From Dimargaris cristalligena (taxonomy: Eukaryota), in NCBI GenBank assembly GCA_003614675.1, contig ML002413.1, forward strand, positions 1 to 33,186: a stretch of DNA of 33,186 nt. The letters are read 5' to 3'. This document shows positions 9,835 through 21,280 of the stretch, piece by piece. Numbering within the stretch: the first letter of the stretch is position 1; every line of letters starts with the position of its first letter. The notes beneath the pieces are model-generated. The model was not told the DNA's origin. It saw only the letters and a list, made by a program, of their open reading frames with translations, and ran no database searches. A program made the translations under genes and the position numbers.

Positions 9835-11834
9835 ATGGACTTCGTTCAAGCCGGCGTGCAATGCGATCTGTCCGACGTGTCCGACAGCGAGATTCCCTTC
9901 AACCTATTCCCGAAACTTCCGGGCCAAAAAACCCAGCAATTACGTCGGCCGCATTGTGCCCACTATGTAGAGGGCAACGTGGATGATACCTGGACTACAG
10001 GCGGCTATCGGACCGATTATCGCGGAGGTAGGTACTATCTTTCTGTAGACATGCGAAAACCACGAACAGGTTAACCCCACAATAATTCATTACTGAACAT
10101 AAAAAAAAGGGGGCAACGTTAAGACCACCCCCAATTTGCTCATCTTGATTCTTACCATCTTAACTATATATATATTTCTTGTCCTTGCCCCCGCCAGACG
10201 CAACAGTTCCTGACACTATCTACGATACTGTCCAGCTCCTCAACCAACGCCTGAGTGAGCTTGAAGCAGCGGTGCATAGTCTAAGCACCCCGCCCAAATC
10301 TACCTTAGCGAGTACTGACGCACACATAAGTGACCGGGCCGCTTTGGTCCCGCCTTCTAATATTGGCGACCAATTCGTCCCAATCGAGACCAATTCGACG
10401 GCCGACGAAAGTTTATTACTCTCATACTTTACGACCAACCCAGACTTCATGGTAATTCATTGTTTGATTTTTATATTCGACTGCTTTATACCAAGGTCTC
10501 AGGGGTTTGGGAGACTTGATAACTACTCTCGGGGTGTAAACGGTTCGACTATAGCTAGAGGCTCGGTCAATCGTATTGATCCCCCATAGCCAATAACGGT
10601 CGAACACAATTGCCGTTAGACCTAACTAACCTTATTTAACCCGCTAATATATATATATATATATTTATATATATTGCTACATTAATTCGGATAATCTAAA
10701 ATTGGCTCGTGTGTGTATGCATGTGTATGTGTGTGTGTGTGGGGGGGGATATTACACGCTCTACAGAACGGTCTAGATGAACTGATACTGGACACCTTCT
10801 GCGATATAAAGTTCCCGACCTCGGACCATTGTGTTCAATTGGGAACCAAATTCCTGCGTAACCGAGACGCTTCGTTGGCGACTATAGTAAAAAGGAAGGG
10901 AGAAGGAAACGGTGCCCGGAGTAGCGCCACGGCCGCCATCCCTCCTTCGCTCCAGAACCCGCTCGCCCGCCACCTCCACGTGTACATTAAGCGCCGCTTC
11001 CGGCTCCTCCGGTCCATCATGCGCAATACCGCCCGGGAGTTGACCATCCGAGCCCTCGGGATACCCATGGGTAAGCAGCTCAAAGTGAGATTTATTCATC
11101 GGTTGAGCCGGAAACAGCCGGAATTGGTGCAGAGTTACCAGGACCGACTGTTGACGGAACTGGTGACGGAAGAGTATGCGTATGAACTCAGGGCTGCGGG
11201 TGTGACTTTAGGGGTGGGTGTCAGTCGCGGTGACGGCGATGGCGACGGTGGCGGAGCGGGATCAGGGGTGCACCGAAACGACCCGGGTGATGATGAGATA
11301 GAGGAGGATGACGAGGCACCCGTGGCAAAGGGACGCACAGCCCGTAACATAATTTTTGATAAAGGTGATGATGATTATGATGATGGGTCCGATTTTCAAT
11401 CGGTGGGCATGGCAAAGGGAAAGGGAAAGGCGCCGGAAAAGAGTGTAACGCCGACTCCGATAGCCGCGACCATCGGTTCGGCTAAGGTAGGTAACACGGC
11501 CCTTATGACCGCCCGTGGTTTAAGGGGGCCCAGTTCCACCGATGCGTCGTCAGTCGATCAGCCTACCACCGCCACCACCACTACTACTACCACCATCATT
11601 ACCACCAAATCACAGCGGCGCTCCCATCGATTCACCGCTCCGGCGCGCCCCACCAAATGGGAAGCCATCATTCTGCGGGGGGTGGTGGTTGGCCGCCAAC
11701 CCACTTTGAGTGATGCCACCTACACCTACGCCGCCATCATGATGTGGTTTAACGGCGAGTCCGCCGAGTCGGGCAATATCGATAAATGGACTAAAGACTA
11801 CCTGGCGAAAATAAGAAAGAACCACGGGGAGTAG
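9835..11834 (+). CDS. Three-exon hypothetical protein, about 504 aa (exons 9835-10027, 10198-10451, 10767-11834)
   Basis: Phase-consistent introns: GTAGGT 10028 to CAG 10197 (phase 1) and GTAATT 10452 to CAG 10766 (phase 0) join three ORFs. Contains a coiled-coil stretch (VQLLNQRLSELEAAV), a basic helical region, and acidic/Gly and poly-Thr linkers. No family recognised. Confidence 0.7.
10647..10748. repeat. Intronic microsatellites (TA)n, (TG)n and poly-G
   Basis: Visible directly in intron 2 of the orphan gene. Similar runs lie near 13041 (CT), 16075 (AG), 16526 (TA), 16773 (CA), 17364 (CT), 24051 (TA) and 30812 (ATACAA). Confidence 0.9.
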
Positions 11835-12606
11835 CCAAATACAATAAGACTATATTCAAGTTCGGGCCCTGAGTGATTTGGAGGAAAGCCCTGCTACAGA
11901 GCAGGGTTTCAATAATCTTGGGTAACTTACCTAAACTTGGCTTTGGGGCTATACCCCCCCTCCCCTCTTCCTACTATTATTACCCCTATTTTGTACGTCT
12001 TGGCCAATATTAGTATTATGTTATTTGGGAAATGCAGTCATACAATATATCCAGTGAAATATCTGTAGGCGAAGTTGGTTTGGAGTGGAATTATGCAGAG
12101 GGGCAGATGCTCGAATGCTGTATTAATGCTGGCGTTTAATATAATGTAGGTATTAACCCTCAGCCCACATGCGTGACTTTGGAGGCTGAGGCAGAATGTA
12201 ATAACGCCATGGGCAATCCAGCCAAGGTGACTTGAAAATCATTTTTTTAGTAGAAACAACTATTGGGGCCAGTGCTACTACAAAGATGTGGGAAGGAGAG
12301 GGGGTCATTTGATACCTGACAAAGGGGTGTTGGCAGTCGGGAGTCCTTCCAATTACATTTATATTAGGAGTGAAGGGACATGGGTGGTACCAAACGGGGG
12401 TTTTAAATGAGCAGGTTAAAATCGATACGGGCGAAGGAATAGATCACCCGTTTGGTCGCTTAACATGTACCGTGTCCGAATGGGGGACATCCCCCTCCCC
12501 ATTGGGGACTACTGCTGGAAAACTTAGGCACTAAAAAGGGTAGCCATCAAGGCCATTCCAAGAGCTGTATCAGAACCGTCATCCTATTTTATGTGATGGC
12601 CGAGCC

Positions 12607-13090
12607 GGTTAGTGACATATTAACCTAAAAGCATGGCACATGTGCGTGTGTGTGTATAAATATATTGGGCGAGGAAATCTAGAGTGCGAATTGGTAAAGA
12701 AAAAATGTATGTGGGTGAAAGAGAAGATGGGATGAGGAGTATTAAAGGAAAGGTAGGAACATAAATGGATGACAAAGTTATACAAGGGGGGAGGGGTCTC
12801 TTTACTCGGAACGAGAGCGTAAATGTCGAAACGTATATGGCAAGTTATAATTAAATATAACATGTATAATAGTACAAAAATGCAGGGCCAAAAATTCATA
12901 ATGCGGATGGTGGATAACCAAAAGGGAGCACTGTCGATAAATAGGAGGATAATGGGAACACGGCGAAAGTCGTTGAGTACAGAAGGTAAGGACGGGTGTG
13001 GTATCACTGAAAGTATCATGGCAGAGAGTCCCCCCCACGTCTCTCTCTCTCTCTCTCTCTCTCCCTAAATCCCTGGTTAGTGACATATTA
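12607..13090. repeat. Exact 16-bp direct repeat GGTTAGTGACATATTA at 12607-12622 and 13075-13090
   Basis: Both copies were read directly from the sequence; they are 468 bp apart and lie just downstream of the DBF4 stop codon. Confidence 0.85.
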
Positions 13091-13117
13091 TAGCCGAGCT
13101 ATCTTTTACATCCTGGA

Positions 13118-15935
13118 TTAGGAGAGGCCTATACAGCTAGCGTTAGTGGGGAGTTTCAATTTAACAATGAGGTGGGGCAGACTCGGGCGCAGGAAATCGT
13201 CGGCCTTTTGACTGGGCAAATTGGACATATTTTCGGGGGTGGAGCGCATGGAAGGGTACTCACTGGTCGGCTCGGTATAATCACTGCACAGACCGGGTTG
13301 GTCCAGGGAAGACGAGCTGAAGAGCGAAGTGGAGGCCGGGGTCGAGGATGGGAGGGATGGCTCGGGTTGTAAGGGGCGGGCTATTGAGTCGAGGAGGTTG
13401 TCCAGCTCCAAGTAGTTGGCATTATTCCGAGCGAATTGCTGGTGAACGGGGGATTTAACATGATCATATAAATCGTCGTATTTTTGACGACAATTTTCGC
13501 AAAATCCAGGCTTCTTGGCCGCGGGAGTAGGGGCCACGGTGGGTTTAGACAGGGTGGTTGCTATATTCGTCACTTGAGTTTTGGGGCCCTTGAAGGGAGT
13601 GGACATCGCTGATGGTGGTTGCTGGGCTTTGGAGATGGAGGGTAGAGTGGGTGCTGATGTGCGGGTGCGGAGGGACAAGGGCTCGGTGCCCTCGTGCGAG
13701 CGCTTCTGCCCCGACGCGGGGGAGGGAGACGGTTGGAGTCGGAGGGATGGAATGACCCGCTTGGAGAGTTGCTCCAGGGGTTGGTGCGGGAAGAATTTAC
13801 TCACCGACGGACTGGCATGGGCCCCACCACCGCCTCCCCCATTTGTTGAGCCGAAAAGGTGACCTGGGCTATTGAGAGTCGACCAATTAGGGTTGCTGAA
13901 TAAGCCCTTATTCAGGGTCAGGCCCTGGTGGGAGGTCTGGGAGTGTAGCGAGAAGAGCTTGGAAGATATATTCAGAGTGGACGGGTCCAGCGACATGGTT
14001 AGGGATTGGAGGGAACTGTAGTGGCTGACGGAGGTGGGATCGGCCGGATTTAATCCCGACGCCATGGAAGGGATCCGCTGGGCGGGCCGGGGGGAAGGGG
14101 CGGCACTGGGGGAGTTGTAGCGGAGGGGAGTCGCGTTGAGATCCGGTCGCTGACCTAGAAGAGCAAAGGAGTCCACTTTGTTAGGGGTAGGCGTAAAGGG
14201 ATGGGGCATGGGGTAAGGGCTGGCCTTGGCCGGGGCAGCGGCGCTGCTGAGGGTTAGCCGAGGTTTTTTGGATAGCGGAGTTTCCAGGGGGCCGGCGCCG
14301 TGGGCGGTGGATGCCCGGCTCAGACCGAGCTGGGCAGCCGAACTGTTGAGGGGCGTGGTGGTCTGGGCCAGGGCCGCAGCGACCCGACTGGAGGCCTGGG
14401 TCGGAGTGGCCTTGGGGGCCAGGGGTGGGTTGGCGGCCTTGGCCTTGGCCCGGGCCAGGCTGGAGTGGTAGGCCGTATCATCGTACCGGACAAAGGGGCA
14501 GCGACCGGGGGGGACCATGTAAAGTTTGGGCCACTTGGCCTCGCTTTGATCTTTGGTGACGCTGTATTCATTGACAAGAACGGGGCGGTGGATGTTGGTG
14601 ACGTCTTCCACCAGGACATAGATTTGCTTCAGGTAATGGACGTCGGGCCGCGGCCGGGCACTGTCCGGCTGAGTGAGGGAGTTGGAGGCGGCCATACTCC
14701 GGGTGAGCACGCCGGGACTGGGCGGGACAAGCTGGGACTGGGCCACGCCGAAGACGCGCTCTTCCTGCAAAGCGTCAACCAACCGACGGGGGGCGGATTC
14801 GGAGCGGGGGGGTTCCACGGCATACCCGGGCAAGTAGCGCAGTAACCGGTTGACGAGGCGATCCAGGGTCCAGATCTTGATATTCCATGACCGGGCCAGC
14901 TGGATAATGTCGTCCCGGTTGGAATCCCGGCGTTGGTCCGGGGTGGCCTGGGTGGCGGCGGGGTCCCGGTCGATTGGGGTGGACCATACTGGTGGTTTGA
15001 CGGGGGTATGGGCGGCGGATGTGGGGCAGGGCGTAGCGGGAATAGAGGTGGAGATGGCGGAAGCCTGGGCATCAGGCAAAATCACGTGGGTGACGGAGGA
15101 GGAGAAGAAGGATTCGGTGGTCTGGCAGTAGGGGGCGACGTAGGAGGGGTGTGTAGGTTGATCACACGCAACCAACGGAAGGGGAAATATCATAATAATA
15201 ATAGTGCGGGTTAGTTAGTTATTGGATTAGGGTGATGGCTATAAACAGGGGCCCAAATGGCAGCAGGACCTGAGGGACGAGGGATACCCCTCCACTCGAT
15301 AACAGGGACATCAGCAGCTACGGGGACAAGGGCAGCGGGCAATTCCACCCCTAAGGTGGGCAGTGAGGGAGGGGGAGGAGATACAACGGGAGTGGAGTGG
15401 TCATGCAGCACCTTTGCATACTGATATTTCGGCCCATACCACACCCTCTCTCCCGCACCAATGATAGCGGAATCCTCTCTGTCCTTCTCCTATATCGTCC
15501 ACATTTGGAGAGGGGGTGGTAGCACACTTTGGGCGGACCATGCTGGGGGGAAATAATAGTTCAACTCTCCCCCACAGAGGGCTGAGGCACTCATAAAGCG
15601 GCAGTGGCAGTGGGGCAAACAAAGCGTGTGAGAAGAGCGCCCATAGAGGGGTGCATTCTACTTACCCCTCCCAACGCCTGAATCTGGCGAAGAATAGGTT
15701 TGAGGGTCTCACGGTCGATACTATCGAAGTAGAAAATATACCGGGGAAACGATTCTTGGTAGCAGCGGAGAGTTTTCTGGTGGTCCAGCTTGGGACGGGA
15801 GGCGGCCAGGGCCTGGTCCAGCCTCCGGGGGTCGACGGAGAAGTCCATGGGGCCGACAATGGCGGGCGAGGGGGTGGTGGCGACGGGGATATAGCTAGCT
15901 AGAGACGGGTTGGTAGGTGGCAGGTGGGTGCCCAT
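13118..15935 (-). CDS. DBF4: Cdc7/Hsk1 kinase regulatory subunit Dbf4/Dfp1, about 757 aa (exons 15935-15666 and 15121-13118)
   Basis: Splicing GTAAGT 15665 to CAG 15122 (phase 0) rebuilds motif N/BRCT (FPRYIFYFDSID...IQALGG|TTESFFSSSVTHVI...LARSWNIKIWTLDRL). Motif M: YVLVEDVTNIHRPVLVNEY...WPKLYMVPPGRCPF. Motif C zinc finger: KPGFCENCRQKYDDLYDHVKSPVHQQFA. The start codon is less certain than the rest. Confidence 0.95.
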
Positions 15936-18385
15936 CAATGGCGAAAGGTTGAAGGAGGGATATAGGAGAGGGAGGAAGCGAAGTTAAGTGTGAGTGGGGG
16001 GATATAGGGAGAGGAGAGGGGGGAAGGGGTGGAAGTTATAGTAGTAGTGGACTGGTGCGGGAGTGAAGCCAGATAGAGAGAGAGAGAGAGAGGAGAGGGA
16101 AAAAGGCAGAGGAGAGGCGCGGGGGGGTGTATCTCTTCTGTATGGAGGAAATAATACCTAGTAGATATGATGGGTGTGGCTTGTAAGGGCCAGACGAGCT
16201 GAGCAAAAAAGGGCAGAAACGGCCCAGGCAGCTCTCAACTTCGCAAGGAGGAAGGAATACACTATACTACCTCAAAGGTGGGTCTGCACCGCCAAAGGCG
16301 ACAGATAATAATATAAATAGACAGTAAAGTCGAGTGGTATTGGACCTACACAAACACACCCAGGGCGGGGGAGGGTTTCGGATGGGTGAGCAACTAAGTA
16401 TCAGCCGTGGCAGGAGACGACAGACTCAGTCAAGTGGCCAGGGACAATGAAGGCGAATCGGAATCGGACGGAGCTGGTAAACAAGGAATCTCTCTGTTCG
16501 TTAAGCGATCTACAGCGGAATATAATATATATATATATATATATATATTGGCTTGGAATGAGGAGTTGTTATTTAAGGTTGGTAGGGAAAACGAAGGCGT
16601 GAGACCGCAGAACAACACTACTACTTATATACCGCAATTAAAGGGGAAAACATGATTTTCCAAAGGGCCACCCTAGATTTTATATCAGCCTGGTTTAATC
16701 CCCCGCCGAGGCCTAATCTGAGGAAATTCCCCCTCCAAATCTTCTTCTCTCTGTGCACCTGGTGTGGTCATGCACACACACACACACACATCTATTATCC
16801 CTCCCCGTCACTCGAATTAGCCCCGTTTTCCCCCGATTTGACTAATGAACAAACGGGCCTTCCATTCAGGGCACACACACAACTTCCCCCTACGTGCTTT
16901 TTCATAAACGACTGGGCTGCGGGATTCACCACCTCTTCCGTTCGCAGTTTGTATCATCAATGGTATGCTCTCTATCCAATAGACCACCATTTGTGGTGGT
17001 GCGCGCAAAGCCCACCCAAATCTTCCGCCTCTCCGACTTTCTCGGCCAAGGGGGATTGGGTTTCTTGAAGAAGAGCCTCGTAAAAGTACACAGCGCGCCA
17101 TGTTTCTCTTCGTTTCGAGGATCTTGTATAATGGCGAGCTCTATAGAGGCGCCGGTTAATAACACTCTGGGGCTCGGCATGAAAGTATTCACCTCCTTGC
17201 CGAAATTTTGGTATCAGACCTGCCACCGCCATACTCTCTAAGCCTTGGACAGTGGTCATTTGGTCCAAAAAGCCCCCCCCCCTCCTTCCTTTATTCGCCC
17301 CCCCACCCCCACCGCTCCTCTCATTATTGGAAGCTAACCGGCGCTACCCCTCTGCTTCCCTATTCTCTCTCTCTCTCTCTCTCTCGCACTCTCTGTCGAC
17401 ACCAATTGGTTACTGTTAACGATGAATGGGTTTTGCATTGCGTTCAAATACACGGCAGTTTAGATAATCCCCCGGTCCAAGGCACCTTCTCTGCCACCCG
17501 GCTCCCCTTTTCCGCTCTACCCTCCCCCCGCTCCCCCTGGTATGCGTTGCTGTTAAACCACACCATATCCCTAGGGACTCCAGTTAAACGTCTCCTTTCC
17601 CAGAAATCGACCTACAATCTATTTTAAACAAATGGTGAACGGGTCCAATCATCATTTATTTATAATTTAGATAAAGAAATCGGACTCAACCCCGTCAGCC
17701 CGACCAGGGCAGTGCAAATGACAGCGGTCCCATGCTACCCCTCCTTTTACTTCTTCGTGATGCCCCCCCATCACTTTGCCGATTCCCTTTGTCACTGTCG
17801 TTCACTATTCGCCCATACAAGAACAGCAAGTTAAAGGTGTAGGAAGGCGCAAATCCACTTTCTTCCACAGGATCGATGGAGGGACCAGTAGTAGTGTTGA
17901 ATAGAGAATGTTTAACGATGCACCATTTATTGGGCAGGGAGGGAGAGAGAGAGGGAAAGAGGGGGTGGGGCATAAATCGGATACGATGAACACTTTCATT
18001 TCTTTGCAAATGCGCATAAACAAGGCGAGTTGAGCCAGAGCGGCTGCAGCCGCATCTCATACGAATAGTCCCGGTTGAAATGGAATTCGCAATAAGGCAG
18101 AACCGTCGCCATACCACTGGGTCAAAGTGCCGCCTGACACCTAAATTTAGGTATTCATTCAACAATGAACGGTGAATTAGGGGGGCTGAGTATGGACAGA
18201 AATGCTATTCGGTGGGGGTCCCCCCATGTACCGCGGCGCTGAATTGGACTTGCTACTGGATGAGTTATCTGCCAAACCAATAAATAAATAAAATAAAAAC
18301 CGTGGCGCCTAGGTTGCCAAGCTAATGACATCGGACCGGTGTCCAATTGCTGAACCCGTGCGGTATGTTGTATACCAACGAGGGT

Positions 18386-18787
18386 CTAAAAGGCAGTGTA
18401 GTATAGATAAATCTGCTGGAGGAGGGGGACCATGAAACAGATACCAAGAGTCACGTAAGGGCTGGCCACCGCTCTGGCCGTGCCATCACTGGAATGGGAG
18501 CTACTGCTACCACTACTACTCTTGCCCCCTTTGCTGGAGCTGGCACCGGATGATCCACTGCTACTGGAATGCCCGCCACTGCCATGGGCACCGCCCCCTT
18601 TGCGAAGGGCCGAGTCGGCGGCTGGAAGGGGTTTAGCTGAAGAGGACTCATTACTCGGGGTGCGTGGTTGTAGCGATGGGGCGGGGGTATCAATGACAGA
18701 CCGTTGAATTACATCTACTAGGGAAGGGTGGGCTAGTATGCCGATTACGAATACTAGAAAAAAGGTAGCAATAACTCGGAGTTGCAT
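18386..18787 (-). CDS. Small secreted, probably GPI-anchored Gly/Ser-rich protein, 133 aa (paralogue A)
   Basis: Signal peptide MQLRVIATFFLVFVIGILA; LRK followed by a Gly/Ser-rich core; small-residue omega-like site (SSDG) and hydrophobic C-terminal tail. Confidence 0.8.
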   Translation of the reverse strand: MQLRVIATFFLVFVIGILAHPSLVDVIQRSVIDTPAPSLQPRTPSNESSSAKPLPAADSALRKGGGAHGSGGHSSSSGSSGASSSKGGKSSSGSSSSHSSDGTARAVASPYVTLGICFMVPLLQQIYLYYTAF

Positions 18788-18951
18788 TATGAGAAGTAAT
18801 TTATCGGGGCTGTTTTAGTACGGGGGCTATGGTTGCCAAAACAAATAATAATTAATACGAGGTGCAAGTGGACAGGGCCAGAGGGTGAAATAGCCAATGG
18901 GATGGGTTATAAAAGTGAAATATGGGCCTCCAATGCAGGGCGCGCGGCTTG

Positions 18952-18963
18952 AGGCATTATATA
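18952..18963 (-). promoter_or_regulatory. TATA element TATATAATGCCT of paralogue A
   Basis: About 165-175 bp upstream of ATG 18787; 11/12 identical to the element upstream of paralogue B. Confidence 0.6.
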
Positions 18964-20809
18964 GGATAATTTAGGCAGATCTGTTGCCGGCCAGGGGGGG
19001 AGGGTATCAGTTATGAACCGTGCAAGAAAGGGTTCACGTTGTCACTATCCACCCCTATAGCCTCAATGATGTTTAGTAGGCCATATTACTTTTCTATATG
19101 GAGACCAAACATCACCCATGCATCCATTCTGGTAGATGATCTTCACTTTTCGGTTCGCAGTTCGCCCGGCCCCAACAGTAGGCACCGGCTAATTTAAATC
19201 CTATTACCGAAATCTGTAAACGTAGGCGGTATTGTCCCAACCATAGCTCTGATGTAACCCATGCCCAATCGGGCCATGTGAATTTAAACTATAGTTCCGG
19301 GAATCTACACAGACAGGTGGGTAAATAGTTGGCGGTAATGGTCACTCAGCTTCAAAATAACTCACATTAGAGTAGCTGTTAAAAAAAATGGGGGGGGGGG
19401 GGTGAACCCCATTCGTAGCTAAATGGAAAATTGTAACGAAGCCAGCAGACTCAGGCGGATGCCAAAGAAGAATCCCTTTACAAACTATGTAAGAGGTTAA
19501 AATCCATTGAGGGGAATTTAACTATAAGGCTATATTTAAAAGAAGGTTCCGTATATCCTTCGCGTTGGAATGTCTGCATATGTTTAAGACCTGTCATTCC
19601 AGTCAGCAGTGACGCTTTTCTATTAACCGCAGCATTGCCAGGCCCAGTCGGGCCTACGAAAATGGCGGACTATTTTCCTATTTATTTCTGGATCAGTTCT
19701 ATTTTATCTGATTATGCCAGCCGAGTGACGAGCCCCGGGTATAGTAACGGACGCTAGGGTCCATCGAACACTGGGATTCCCACTTACATTCTGAGCAGAA
19801 GGGCCCATCTATCCCTGTGGGGCACGAATGGAAAAATCGAGTGGAATAATTGGGCGAAAACACGGGTTCGATATCACTTACTAATTCGAACTCCGCTGAG
19901 ACACCAAGGGAATTAACCACGGTTCGTCGAACTGGTCACCACCAGTCGACGTTCTAGAAATGCAAGAATATAACACTACCGCGCCCGGTCTAGCCTAGAC
20001 CAATAGCGGGTGCCTAGGGTAAAGGCAGGGGGAATGCACTGCAGTCTGGTGAGGCGGTCATGATGGGTGGGATCGCCTAAACATGTGGGACCCCCCAATT
20101 CCACTTTCGCACTCTCAAACAATCGAAACACCAGAACTGTGGCCGTCCTGTTCAACAATAGAGTGTGGTTCGGATTACAAACCCAGGGAAAATGACATGG
20201 ACCTAAATGGCAATGGGTAATATCGCCTCAATTAATGCTGTGGGTGAATGTGCCGCCTGGATAGTAATCATATCGATATAGTATATATATATATGAATAA
20301 CTTATTACATGCTCAATAAGCCTAAATTCAACAAAGTGTCTTAGGCATTGTCATGGATATCGTGCTGTTGGACCTTGCGAATAGGCCGGTTTACCATTTA
20401 TCTGGTCCCCAGAAGTATGAGACACTGTCAACTGAATCATTATCCATCCTAATGAAATACCCTAATCAACCGCGAGTATTATAAATGTCTATTGACAGGC
20501 AAGTGAAAATGATATGCGATCGATTCATCGCCTTTATCTTACCCTACCCTACCCTGCATAAATATGCCTGGATTATCCCAACCAGATAATTTAGTTTGAC
20601 ATCAGGTAATTGGATTTTATAGACAGGTTCGAATTGGCAATATCGAGTTGATTATAGGTATAGCTATAGGAATGATTGCCCGGGGTAGGTAATGATAGAG
20701 ATATGTGCAGATAAATAATAATATATACCAAGTATAATTGGACAAGGGGATTATTATATAATAGTACATTTAGGGAAAGTTATAGTGCAGCACGGTTTTG
20801 CTGAGATTC

Positions 20810-21118
20810 CTAGAAATAGGCGACTGCAAGGCCCGTCAGAGCGGCAAATAGGAAGGGGGGCGTGTTTGTTGCTCCGGCACTAGTGTAGCTGTTCGTTTCT
20901 TTAGCCTTGTTCTTCTTCTTCGTAGTGGTGGATTTGCGGAGTTCCGCCTCGGCGGCAAGGTACTCAGCGCTGGGGGGTTCGGAATTGAGGGTACGGGACT
21001 GAAGGGGCAAGGCCAGCACGCCAGCCGTGGACCGCCGGTCGAGGTCGGAGGTGTATGACTGGGTCAGGGCGTTGGCCGTAAAGACCAGTAGAAGTGGGAC
21101 AATTAATCGAAGGTGCAT
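20810..21118 (-). CDS. Small secreted, probably GPI-anchored Lys/Thr-rich protein, 102 aa (paralogue B)
   Basis: accATG at 21118; signal peptide MHLRLIVPLLLVFTANA; LRK then STTTKKKNKAKETNSYT; omega-like SAG and terminal hydrophobic tail PFLFAALTGLAVAYF. N-terminus aligns with 18386-18787. Confidence 0.8.
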   Translation of the reverse strand: MHLRLIVPLLLVFTANALTQSYTSDLDRRSTAGVLALPLQSRTLNSEPPSAEYLAAEAELRKSTTTKKKNKAKETNSYTSAGATNTPPFLFAALTGLAVAYF

Positions 21119-21268
21119 GGTTAACAAAAGTAGGGCAGGTTAATGGTATGGGGTTTGGGATTGTGCAATGGTAGTGAAGGAGGGTCAAGAAGGATTGAGA
21201 GGGTGGTGGTGGTCAATTGAGTCTGTTATAGATCGAAAATGTGGGGCGAGTGAAAGGGGAGGGCCGAC

Positions 21269-21280
21269 AGGCATTTTATA
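21269..21280 (-). promoter_or_regulatory. TATA element TATAAAATGCCT of paralogue B
   Basis: About 150-160 bp upstream of ATG 21118; matches the paralogue A element at 11/12 positions. Confidence 0.6.

Noticed and set aside
16000..17100. MCB or E2F cell-cycle elements upstream of DBF4
   Set aside because: Only partial GCGCG words were seen (about 16117, 17001, 17093); no exact ACGCGT or TTTSSCGC was noticed.
16407..18346. Overlapping 60-156 aa ORFs between DBF4 and paralogue A; also 22012-22479 and 32056-32394
   Set aside because: No motifs, several cross microsatellites or T-rich UTR sequence, and many start at non-ATG codons.
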